Shown piece after piece: positions 45,257-53,571 of a stretch of DNA of 61,770 nucleotides. Every line of letters begins with the position of its first letter. Within the stretch, counting starts at the first letter, position 1. This DNA comes from an uncultured Candidatus Saccharibacteria bacterium (GTDB taxonomy: Bacteria > Patescibacteriota > Saccharimonadia > Saccharimonadales > AWTP1-31), in assembly GCA_964643545.1 (NCBI GenBank), contig CAZXTE010000005.1:1-61770 (forward strand), in the 5' to 3' direction. The position numbers were made by a program, and so were the translations under genes. The notes below the pieces were generated by a model. That model ran no database searches. It saw nothing but the letters and a program-made list of their open reading frames with translations, and had not been told where the DNA came from.

Positions 45257-45894
45257 ACTTTCTCTGGAAAGTTGTTAAATCTTGTAAAACCGAACTAAAG
45301 ATCATTGGTATCACGTTCGCCATACTATTCATCTTGCCAATTTTTGCTGTGGTGGTGATTGCCAACGCTGGTATTACAGAAGTCGCCAACGCTTTGGTGG
45401 GTGTTAACCCAGTCACTCATAAAATTGAGATCAAAGATGCAAACGGTACGATTGTTGCTGAGTTTGAAGCCTCAACCGTCTGGCCAGTTCGCGGCTACAT
45501 ATCGGACGAGTTTGGTTCACACGATCTATGGCGAAGACTGATGGGGCTTGGCCCACACACTGGCATCGATATCGCTAACGAACGAGGTGATCCTGGCGAT
45601 CCGATAACGCCGTTCATGAAAGGTAAAGTTGTTAAGACCGTTTATGACACCGACAATAGTGGCTACGGCAATTACGTCGTCGTTGATCATGGCCGCAACG
45701 TTGTTTCTATTTATGGACACTTATCTGAAATACGAACGTCCAAAGACAAAGATGTTCAGCCGGGTGATGTAATTGGCCTAGAGGGTAAGACTGGCACTGT
45801 GACTGGAAACCATCTGCACTTTGAAATCAGAGTATTCGGCATCCCTACAAATCCACGCACCTTTATGGTTGGTGTACCAGAGAAGAATCCGTAG
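45253..45894 (+). CDS. M23 (LytM) family peptidoglycan hydrolase, T4SS-associated
   Basis: 213 aa with an N-terminal TM helix. HTGIDIA (HxxxD), GNYVVVDHG and GNHLHFEIR (HxH) are present. Confidence 0.85.
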   Translation: MNFLWKVVKSCKTELKIIGITFAILFILPIFAVVVIANAGITEVANALVGVNPVTHKIEIKDANGTIVAEFEASTVWPVRGYISDEFGSHDLWRRLMGLGPHTGIDIANERGDPGDPITPFMKGKVVKTVYDTDNSGYGNYVVVDHGRNVVSIYGHLSEIRTSKDKDVQPGDVIGLEGKTGTVTGNHLHFEIRVFGIPTNPRTFMVGVPEKNP

Positions 45895-45896
45895 CC

Positions 45897-48509
45897 ATGA
45901 ATATAACCAGTCTCATTGATACACTTTCTAAAGTCTTGCCGGTCATTGCAAAAGTATTTGTGCTGATTGTTGTTCTAGCTATTGCAGCGTGGCTGGCTCG
46001 CAAAGTCTATAATCTGCTTCGCCAGCTACGACAGAATGTATCCTACCTAGAGATCACCCCACCGGCAAGAACTGATCGTGTGCCAGAGGCTACGAGCAGA
46101 CTATTCATAGCACTCCATGGCTTAGGGACTTCAAAACTATGGTACGAACGATTACTTGGCCAAGTAGATGTATTCTCTATGGAAATTGTCTCAACTCGAA
46201 AAGAAGGTATACGCTTCATTATTCGCGTTGCGAGCGATAAAGCAGAGACAATTAAACAATCCATTGTGGCGTATCTACCTGATGCCAAAGTAAAGACCGT
46301 TGATGACTACTTACCTGCAAAAGCCAAACACAGTCGTATCCTGTCTTTTAAACAAGCACGGCACTTTGCGTTTCCACTGCAAGGACATGACCTTCTAGAA
46401 AGCCATGATCCAATAGCCTACCTCACTGGCGCTATGACCAAACTTGAAGATAATGAACTAATGTCATTACAAGTAGTAGCTACACCTGTACGCGTTCACC
46501 AAGCCGAAGCACTGCGAGAAAAGATTCTGCATAACGAAGACTTGTTAGCTAAACTCTCAGGTAAGAGTTCGTCGTTGCCAGCCGTTACCACGGGCATAAA
46601 TAGTGCTCTATTTGGACTAACTGATATAGTTTCGGGTGCATATCACGGGCCATCTAAAGCCCAATATCAATCAGCTCAACGAGATTTAGAGTATAAGAAA
46701 CAAGTAGCTAAGAATATTAAGCCAGTTAGAACACTAAGCTACTTTGAACATGAGCTAGTTGAATCTGTGCATCGCAAGCTTGGTCAGCCACTATTTCACA
46801 CTGAAGTCCGTGTACTTTTGGCCTGTGATACCAAGCAAGAAGTAAAGAAACGTCGCAAAAGCGTCGAGTCAGCACTTAGCCTCTTTACTGTTCCAAAATA
46901 TCAAAACTTGCGAGTTATTAGGACACACTATAGTCTGGCCCGGAGTTATGTCCGCTATGCTTTTACGAAACGCTTGCCGTCTCAATTAAGAGCTTCAAAT
47001 ATCTTTTCGGCTTCTGAGTTATCAAGTCTTTTCCATTTCCCGCATTCAGTCACAGCAAAGACAGAAAATGTCGTTAAGTCTTTGAGCCGAACACTTCCAG
47101 CACCAGTATCACTCAAGAACGGTACAAAGCTCGATATTCGACTTGGCAAGAACGAGCATCACGGCTCAGAAACGCCAATTGGTTTAACAGAGGATGAGCG
47201 CCAGAGACACGTCTACATTATTGGTGGTACGGGTAATGGTAAGACAACCATGCTTCTGTACTCCATCGTACAGGATATTCAGAATGGCAAAGGTTTAGCC
47301 GTTCTTGATCCGCACGGTGACTTGGCCGAAACAATCCTGCGACATATTCCAGAAGAACGCATTAAAGACGTGATCTACCTTAATCCTGATGATTTGACGC
47401 ACCCGATCGGCATTAACTTGCTTGAACTTGATCCAGAGCTTACAGGTGATGAGCTACTTCGTGAAAAAGATCTGATCACCGAATCGACCATCTCGGTGCT
47501 ACGTAAAATCTTCTCAGAAGATGATAGCGGTGGCCACCGTATTGAGTATGTGCTTCGCAACACGATTCAAACGGCTCTAACGATGGAGGGTGCGACACTC
47601 TTTACAATCTTCCGCTTACTGAACGATGCCAAGTACCGGCGTGGTGTGGTGAAAGGCCTGCAGGACGAAGACTTAAAGAACTTCTGGAATAACGAACTTG
47701 GAAAGGCCGGTGAATTCCAGCGAGTAAAGATGGCCGCCGGTATTACCGCTAAGATTGGGCGCTTTCTATTCTCGGCTAGCGCTAAGCGAATGCTAGAGCA
47801 AGAAAAGTCTACCATCGACTTTGATAACATCCTCGACTCTGGCAAGATACTGATTTGCAACTTCTCGAAAGGTTTGCTGGGTGAAGATACCTCAACCTTG
47901 TTCGGTACAACCGTACTCGCTAAACTTCAGGTTGCCTCGTTAAAACGTGCAAGGCAAAAGCAAGCTAGTCGCCGCTCTTTCTATCTCTACGTGGATGAGT
48001 TTCAGAACTTTGCGACTATGAGCTTTGTGCAAATGCTCAGTGAAGCTAGGAAGTATAAGCTGTTCTTAACTATGGCTGAACAATCTACTAGCCAGCAAGA
48101 CCAGCAACGGTTAGTGGATATTATTTTAGCGAACGTTGGTACGGTAATTTGTTTCCGCTCGGGAAGTCCAGCAGATGAACGCCTAATCTTACCGCTTTTC
48201 CATCCATATATTGAACAAGGAGAAATTGCGAACCTACCAGCCTATAGCTTCTACTGTCGGATTGCGGCGGTACATGCGCAGGAACCTATGTCTGGCATTA
48301 CCGTATTGCTAGATAGTTCGGGCGACGAGTTGATGGCAAAGGAAGCAGTCAATTATTCAAGGACTACTTATGGAGTCAAAATTGCCCCTAAAGCCATTGA
48401 AAAGCCCCCTCAGCAAGAAGCATCTGCTAAGAAAGTAGTCAGAACCAAAGCAAAGTCAAAAACTCCTTCAACTACTAAGAGTACCTACAACAATACTGGC
48501 CCGATGTAG
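45897..48509 (+). CDS. Type IV coupling protein (VirD4/TraG/TcpA-like ATPase)
   Basis: 870 aa with an N-terminal TM helix. Walker A IIGGTGNGKTTM and Walker B FYLYVDEFQNF are present, and the C-terminal tail is basic. Confidence 0.8.
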   Translation: MNITSLIDTLSKVLPVIAKVFVLIVVLAIAAWLARKVYNLLRQLRQNVSYLEITPPARTDRVPEATSRLFIALHGLGTSKLWYERLLGQVDVFSMEIVSTRKEGIRFIIRVASDKAETIKQSIVAYLPDAKVKTVDDYLPAKAKHSRILSFKQARHFAFPLQGHDLLESHDPIAYLTGAMTKLEDNELMSLQVVATPVRVHQAEALREKILHNEDLLAKLSGKSSSLPAVTTGINSALFGLTDIVSGAYHGPSKAQYQSAQRDLEYKKQVAKNIKPVRTLSYFEHELVESVHRKLGQPLFHTEVRVLLACDTKQEVKKRRKSVESALSLFTVPKYQNLRVIRTHYSLARSYVRYAFTKRLPSQLRASNIFSASELSSLFHFPHSVTAKTENVVKSLSRTLPAPVSLKNGTKLDIRLGKNEHHGSETPIGLTEDERQRHVYIIGGTGNGKTTMLLYSIVQDIQNGKGLAVLDPHGDLAETILRHIPEERIKDVIYLNPDDLTHPIGINLLELDPELTGDELLREKDLITESTISVLRKIFSEDDSGGHRIEYVLRNTIQTALTMEGATLFTIFRLLNDAKYRRGVVKGLQDEDLKNFWNNELGKAGEFQRVKMAAGITAKIGRFLFSASAKRMLEQEKSTIDFDNILDSGKILICNFSKGLLGEDTSTLFGTTVLAKLQVASLKRARQKQASRRSFYLYVDEFQNFATMSFVQMLSEARKYKLFLTMAEQSTSQQDQQRLVDIILANVGTVICFRSGSPADERLILPLFHPYIEQGEIANLPAYSFYCRIAAVHAQEPMSGITVLLDSSGDELMAKEAVNYSRTTYGVKIAPKAIEKPPQQEASAKKVVRTKAKSKTPSTTKSTYNNTGPM

Positions 48510-48528
48510 GTCAATGCTAATTGCTCAT

Positions 48529-48566
48529 GCTTGCACTTTGGAGTGCAAGCTGTAATTATTTTCTTT
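48529..48566 (+). terminator. Hairpin plus T-rich tract after the coupling-protein gene
   Basis: 8-bp stem GCTTGCAC / GTGCAAGC (48529-48536 and 48543-48550, 6-nt loop), followed by TGTAATTATTTTCTTT. It abuts the ATG at 48568, so it may attenuate transcription rather than fully terminate it. Confidence 0.4.
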
Positions 48567-48567
48567 A

Positions 48568-48939
48568 ATGAGTGACGTGAAAATTCCTCGCGCTATCCCG
48601 CTGCCTGAAGTTGGTGAATATACCGACGACGTTATTTTTGGGAATCTTGGCTTGCCCGTTGGTTTTGACGATGAAAGACTTTTAGTAAATCTTCGTGGTA
48701 TTAATCGTATCAGAGCTATCGCAGGTCTGGGTACTGTTAGTATTGTGGGCGAGCGAGGTGACATCTCAACCTATGATTACGATGTTACTGGGTCAAATGA
48801 TGGTGCTGCCACACTAGGTGCAGTCTCAAAACAGCCGAAAGTTAAGAGTTCTAATGGTTCGGTGGAGTTCCGTTTTGGGAGTAGCTTATATGGTGACGCC
48901 GATACGACGGTTGCCGTAAATAATTCTGAAATTGAATAG
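48568..48939 (+). CDS. Hypothetical protein
   Basis: 123-aa ORF with no obvious Shine-Dalgarno and no motif. Confidence 0.45.
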   Translation: MSDVKIPRAIPLPEVGEYTDDVIFGNLGLPVGFDDERLLVNLRGINRIRAIAGLGTVSIVGERGDISTYDYDVTGSNDGAATLGAVSKQPKVKSSNGSVEFRFGSSLYGDADTTVAVNNSEIE

Positions 48940-48963
48940 CGGCTTAGGACGCAATATGGTACC

Positions 48964-49350
48964 GTGGGTCTTTTCCAGCCAGTTCCAAGAGCTCAAGAAC
49001 TCAACAAAGCGATCAAATACGGCTTAACCCAAGCATCGATTGATGCCAATATCGATAAAGATAAGCTTAAAACTGCTGCCCGAATGTACGGTATTCTATG
49101 TGGTATGACTATGATTGGTGGATCGAGTTTTCCTAGATCATTAATCGTACCCTTGGTTGCTGCCCCAGTATTTTTAAACCTTGCCGTTATCCGTAATGCA
49201 ACTGAGCAAAAAATGTTTGGTGAGATTGAAAACCCTATGCAAGTTTGGAAAGAACTAAGGCAGTCGTTATTTGTTGGGCCGGCAGTAGACCGAATGCTTG
49301 TTGCAAACGGCATAGTAAAGGCTAGCCGATTAGTTAAAGCACGAAAATAG
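48964..49350 (+). CDS. Hypothetical membrane protein
   Basis: 128-aa ORF with a GTG start and two hydrophobic segments. Confidence 0.45.
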   Translation: MGLFQPVPRAQELNKAIKYGLTQASIDANIDKDKLKTAARMYGILCGMTMIGGSSFPRSLIVPLVAAPVFLNLAVIRNATEQKMFGEIENPMQVWKELRQSLFVGPAVDRMLVANGIVKASRLVKARK

Positions 49351-49402
49351 TAACGTGCTCATGCTTGCAAAATAACAGATATAATAGCAAAATATTACTA
49401 AT

Positions 49403-52400
49403 ATGGCTATAGCTGAGGTTGAACCAGGCTTCCCTGATCTTCGTGAACCAGGTGGTGGCAACGACATAAATGATGTAATTGCCTACGCTTCACGCTATCT
49501 TTTAGATGGGGAGCCACCTTTTCCTGTAGGAGATTCTCCTCTATCCGCACATGAACTGGCCATGCATTACCCTGCACGATATGACTATTTAGGTAGGATA
49601 CTCGAGCAAGTCAATGCGGGAGAGTTTGACGAAACGGCACAGACTCAAGCCATTCAATGGTTTGGAATGTTAAACAATGTGGCTGATTATGTAGATCGTG
49701 CAAAAACAGATCCTCACACTAGAGTGCTTTACGAAAAACAAGTACCTGTTATGGAAGACTTGCATCGTTTCTTGGAGCGAGAGGGACATGAGAGTCCTAA
49801 GGGCTACGTTTCTCTGCCTATGGCAACTGGTAAGACAGTTATCTTCACGCAGTTTGCCCAAGCCACGGGCGCACGAACTCTCGTAGTAGCACCATCCAGA
49901 GAGATTGTTGATCAAACAGAAGAAACTTTTAATGAGTTCTCTGGTGATGAAGAATTGGATATCGGGCGCGTATATACGGATGAAAAGCGATTTGATGGAC
50001 ACATTACTATTACTACGTATAAATCATTATTAGATCGAACAGATGAGACTGCCGATCGAGCAAGTGGCATTAACCCAAAAGACTACGGCTTAGTTATCCT
50101 GGATGAGGCTCATCACGCACAAGGTGAAAAAACACGAAAAGTACTTAGAAAATTTGATGGAATTCCTATCGTTGGCTTTACCGGTTCAGAAGATTATTCG
50201 GCAAAACGCAGACTAGAAACTGTTTTACCAACACAAATTCACAAGTCTGAGATAGCTGAGGTGGTCGAATCAGGATTGATTGCTCCTTACATTAACATTG
50301 TTATGAAATGTCATGCAGACATGTCTGGTGTGGAGATCACTACTACAGGACAATATGAACAAGCTTCCTTGCAGCGTGCAGTTAATACGCCAGAGCGAAA
50401 CAGCGCTCTTGCTGAAGTGTATGAAAGAGTCTTTAGAGGCCATAAAGCCATAGGTTCATGTGCAGGTGTTAATCATGCTATTGATCTAGCAGCAGCCTTC
50501 AGGGCGAGAGGTATCAATGCTCAAGTTATTCATGGAGGGATGACCAAGCGTCAAAGAAAAGCAGTTGTAGATGGACTAAAAAAGCCGATTGATGAAGGTG
50601 GCATTGAGATAGTATTTAACGACAAGGTACTTACAGAAGGAGTGAATTTCCCAGGTGTTTCACTTTGCTTAAATGCTGCACCAACTTTGTCTTTTGTGCG
50701 CGAGAAACAAAGAGGTGGTCGTGCCCTTCGCCTTAACAAAGATGATCCTCAAAAAGTAGCCATTGTCTGGGATACTGTCGACGATAACTATCGTAAGCCG
50801 CCAGTACTATTTGCTGATAGTGAGGTTTCTGGCGCTGCTATGGCATTTCCTAGTTGGATTGATATTGAAGAGCACGGATATCGTGTTCCGTCGTTCGATG
50901 GACTTGATACAAGCGATGCATACGAGATAGTATTCGACCCAGAAAGCGTAGCGGGTTTGGCTGCAGAATTCGCCGCAGGCAGAACTAAAAGTCGTCAGCG
51001 TGCACCAGAAGGTTGGTACTCGGAAGATTCTCTCTTTGGAAGCTTTAATGTACCAAAGGCAGTAGCACGCCGTGCTCTTGCAGAGCTCAGAGAGATTGAC
51101 CCCGAATTTGTAGCTGAAGAAACTGCACGATATGCCTATGAGCACCCGAATAAGGTGGGGCTTGCTAGTGGTATGCATTACTCAGAGCTTATAAGAGAGG
51201 CTTTGGCAGAATTCATTGATGAGCCTTCCGTTGCTCCTATCTTATCCAGAACAGCAGAGCATGTAGTTGCCATGTATGACGGGCTATTGCCGATGAGTCC
51301 CTCAATAGCTGGGCAATGTCTAGGCGGTTGCGTAAAAAAGGTAGGGGTTGATGTAGTTGAATGTGTGCCTTTCCGAGGAGAGAGCAAAAAGAGACTTTAT
51401 TATACCGCGAGAACAATCGCGGCATTCGCAGAGTATTATGGATTGCCAGACTATAGTGCTGCTCCTCCGCCACGATGGGAAGCAGAAGAGGACACAAAAG
51501 CGAGACTAGGTAAGGATGTTTACACCGCTGTCATGGAACGAGTGTACGAACGAGACAGCAGGCTCGTCTTCAGTGACATAATCTCTTATGAGCACGAAGG
51601 AAAAGATCAAGGCATGCGATACTTCTCGCCTCATATGCAGGATGTCGTAAAAGAAGAAGCCACTCCTCCTTCTAATTATCTCGACACTGAAGATATTGCT
51701 GATGCACTGGAAATATCGGCAGAAGAAGTGGAAAGCATTATCCAAGAGCTACGAGAGAATAAACGACTTAATAAACGCAATACATTTCTTGGTGTACGTA
51801 ATAATATAGCAGGGACGTTCTTCAGAGATGATATGCCAGAGTATATCCGCACTTACTTTAGGCACAAAGAAGCAAAAACTACTGATGATCTAAGGCGCCA
51901 GGAAGCACTTGGTCAAATGATAGGTGAACTTACGGTTCCTCAATTTATCCCGCCACAGCAGAGTGAAGTTAAGGACGAATCTCCTTCTAGTAGTCAACGA
52001 CGACAATCGGCTAACGCTGCGAGAGCCTCAGAACCTTCGCGAACAAGCACTGCGCCCGATGACGACAGGGTTATAAGTAGGGCAAAAACTAGAACTCCTC
52101 TTTCCAAACCGGAAACTACTGTTTCGAAAGATGAACAAGATCGAGCGATTGTGGCAACACTAAGCCCTACTCTGCAGGCACTCTATGAAGAGCGTAGAAA
52201 AGCCCAAGAAGCTAGCCAAAATCAAGGCACGCATAAGAGCTCTTCAGACAATAGTCATGGTACTCATAACGGTACTGCGCAGCGGACAAATGGTAGCACA
52301 CGCAAACCAAGAGTAGCTTCAAATGGTAATAGCGGTGGTGAGACACGTAAGCGTAATAATAGCGAGCGGAGTGCAACACAGCCTACACAAGGAGCCTCCA

Positions 52401-52501
52401 CATCTTCATCTGGCACCGAACGTCGTAACCCAGTCAAGATTTCCGCTATTGAACGATCAAGAATGCGCCAACAAGCCCTAGCCAAGTTTAGCCGTACTTA
52501 A
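49403..52501 (+). CDS. SF2 (DEAH, type III restriction Res-like) helicase with a roughly 550-aa C-terminal extension
   Basis: 1032 aa. Motif I is LPMATGKTVIF, motif II VILDEAHHA, motif III FTGS and motif VI QRGGRALR. The C-terminal half has repeated helical modules and a Ser/Arg/Thr/Asn-rich low-complexity tail. Confidence 0.8.
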   Translation: MAIAEVEPGFPDLREPGGGNDINDVIAYASRYLLDGEPPFPVGDSPLSAHELAMHYPARYDYLGRILEQVNAGEFDETAQTQAIQWFGMLNNVADYVDRAKTDPHTRVLYEKQVPVMEDLHRFLEREGHESPKGYVSLPMATGKTVIFTQFAQATGARTLVVAPSREIVDQTEETFNEFSGDEELDIGRVYTDEKRFDGHITITTYKSLLDRTDETADRASGINPKDYGLVILDEAHHAQGEKTRKVLRKFDGIPIVGFTGSEDYSAKRRLETVLPTQIHKSEIAEVVESGLIAPYINIVMKCHADMSGVEITTTGQYEQASLQRAVNTPERNSALAEVYERVFRGHKAIGSCAGVNHAIDLAAAFRARGINAQVIHGGMTKRQRKAVVDGLKKPIDEGGIEIVFNDKVLTEGVNFPGVSLCLNAAPTLSFVREKQRGGRALRLNKDDPQKVAIVWDTVDDNYRKPPVLFADSEVSGAAMAFPSWIDIEEHGYRVPSFDGLDTSDAYEIVFDPESVAGLAAEFAAGRTKSRQRAPEGWYSEDSLFGSFNVPKAVARRALAELREIDPEFVAEETARYAYEHPNKVGLASGMHYSELIREALAEFIDEPSVAPILSRTAEHVVAMYDGLLPMSPSIAGQCLGGCVKKVGVDVVECVPFRGESKKRLYYTARTIAAFAEYYGLPDYSAAPPPRWEAEEDTKARLGKDVYTAVMERVYERDSRLVFSDIISYEHEGKDQGMRYFSPHMQDVVKEEATPPSNYLDTEDIADALEISAEEVESIIQELRENKRLNKRNTFLGVRNNIAGTFFRDDMPEYIRTYFRHKEAKTTDDLRRQEALGQMIGELTVPQFIPPQQSEVKDESPSSSQRRQSANAARASEPSRTSTAPDDDRVISRAKTRTPLSKPETTVSKDEQDRAIVATLSPTLQALYEERRKAQEASQNQGTHKSSSDNSHGTHNGTAQRTNGSTRKPRVASNGNSGGETRKRNNSERSATQPTQGASTSSSGTERRNPVKISAIERSRMRQQALAKFSRT

Positions 52502-53571
52502 GAGCTTTTCTTGTCAGTTGATTTTTCTTTATTCATTTCTGCGATAAGCTCATCAAGTGTTTTCGTATGGTTATGAGCACGTCCTTGCATTCGACTACCT
52601 TTTCTACGGAAGTTTCTTCCTCGTATCCGGGGATTTGCTTTAGCCTTTTTCCCTGAATCCTTGATTGCTCTGATTTCAGCAGTTCTTTCTTCTTTTTCTT
52701 CTTTGCGAAGCTCTGCTTTAGATAAGCCGCTTTTGTTTGTACTGCTGCTTTCTGTTGCAGAGTCGCCAACTATACTATCAACAAAACGGAAACTTCCATC
52801 TGGTAGTGGCACGAGTCGCGGATCAGTAGCTATTTTTGCAAAGAACTCGTGTGTTTCGTCATTTGTGAGAAACATCCCAAACGACCTAACAGTACCCAGA
52901 AGCTGCTTAGGTGTTAGCTGTGGGTAAGGAGCATTAGAGAGCAGGGTTGATATTGCTTCATCAGCAAGCCATGACATCTGTGCTGTAGAAATTGCATTCT
53001 CATTGGCAGTGGCATCAGTAATAAACCTACCATCTTTATCTACTAAAACTTGAAGGTCTCCACTATCATTGGCGGCTAAACGGATATCTGCACGAACTGC
53101 TCTTGCAAAGTCTTTAAATGCTTTTCTAGGTATTGCTTTTCCAAAAGCAATATGTGAGAGTTCGGCCATTGATACGACAGAACGGGGACTACCCTGAAGA
53201 TAAGTATCTATCGCTTGTGCCGCCGATAACATTGCTGCTTCCGATGGTGGTTGTGATTCTCTCTCCTGAGTAACAGGTTCGGCTTCTGTTGCTACTTCAG
53301 GTGGCGTTAATACTTCCAACGGTACTTGAGCTGATATATCTGAATCAAAGTCTTCACTTATCTCTGATGTGTCTGTTTCTGCAGCTAAAACTACACCTCC
53401 AATATCTCCAGCTGGATCTACATATTCAATAGAGGGTTCTGTTGGTTCTTCCGAAGCAGGTGCAATAATCTCACTTGGCTCTACTGCGCATTTTGTAAGA
53501 CGAGATTCATCTAATACTTCAAAGGTAAAAGCGTAAATATCTGAAGCGTTAGTCGTCATAGCTTGACCCAA
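52498..53571 (-). CDS. Hypothetical protein (acidic N-terminus, basic C-terminus)
   Basis: 357 aa. Its start overlaps the 3' end of the sigma-factor gene by 23 nt, and its stop overlaps the convergent helicase stop by 4 nt. Confidence 0.6.
   Translation of the reverse strand: MGQAMTTNASDIYAFTFEVLDESRLTKCAVEPSEIIAPASEEPTEPSIEYVDPAGDIGGVVLAAETDTSEISEDFDSDISAQVPLEVLTPPEVATEAEPVTQERESQPPSEAAMLSAAQAIDTYLQGSPRSVVSMAELSHIAFGKAIPRKAFKDFARAVRADIRLAANDSGDLQVLVDKDGRFITDATANENAISTAQMSWLADEAISTLLSNAPYPQLTPKQLLGTVRSFGMFLTNDETHEFFAKIATDPRLVPLPDGSFRFVDSIVGDSATESSSTNKSGLSKAELRKEEKEERTAEIRAIKDSGKKAKANPRIRGRNFRRKGSRMQGRAHNHTKTLDELIAEMNKEKSTDKKSS

Noticed and set aside
48522-49369. Exact 14-mer TGCTCATGCTTGCA occurring just after two consecutive stop codons (48522-48535 and 49356-49369), considered as a regulatory motif.
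   Set aside because: With about 1.9e9 position pairs and a per-pair probability of 4^-14, several exact 14-mer repeats are expected by chance in a window this size. The first copy is simply half of the terminator-like hairpin, and the second copy has no hairpin. It would be worth a look only if it is conserved in related elements.
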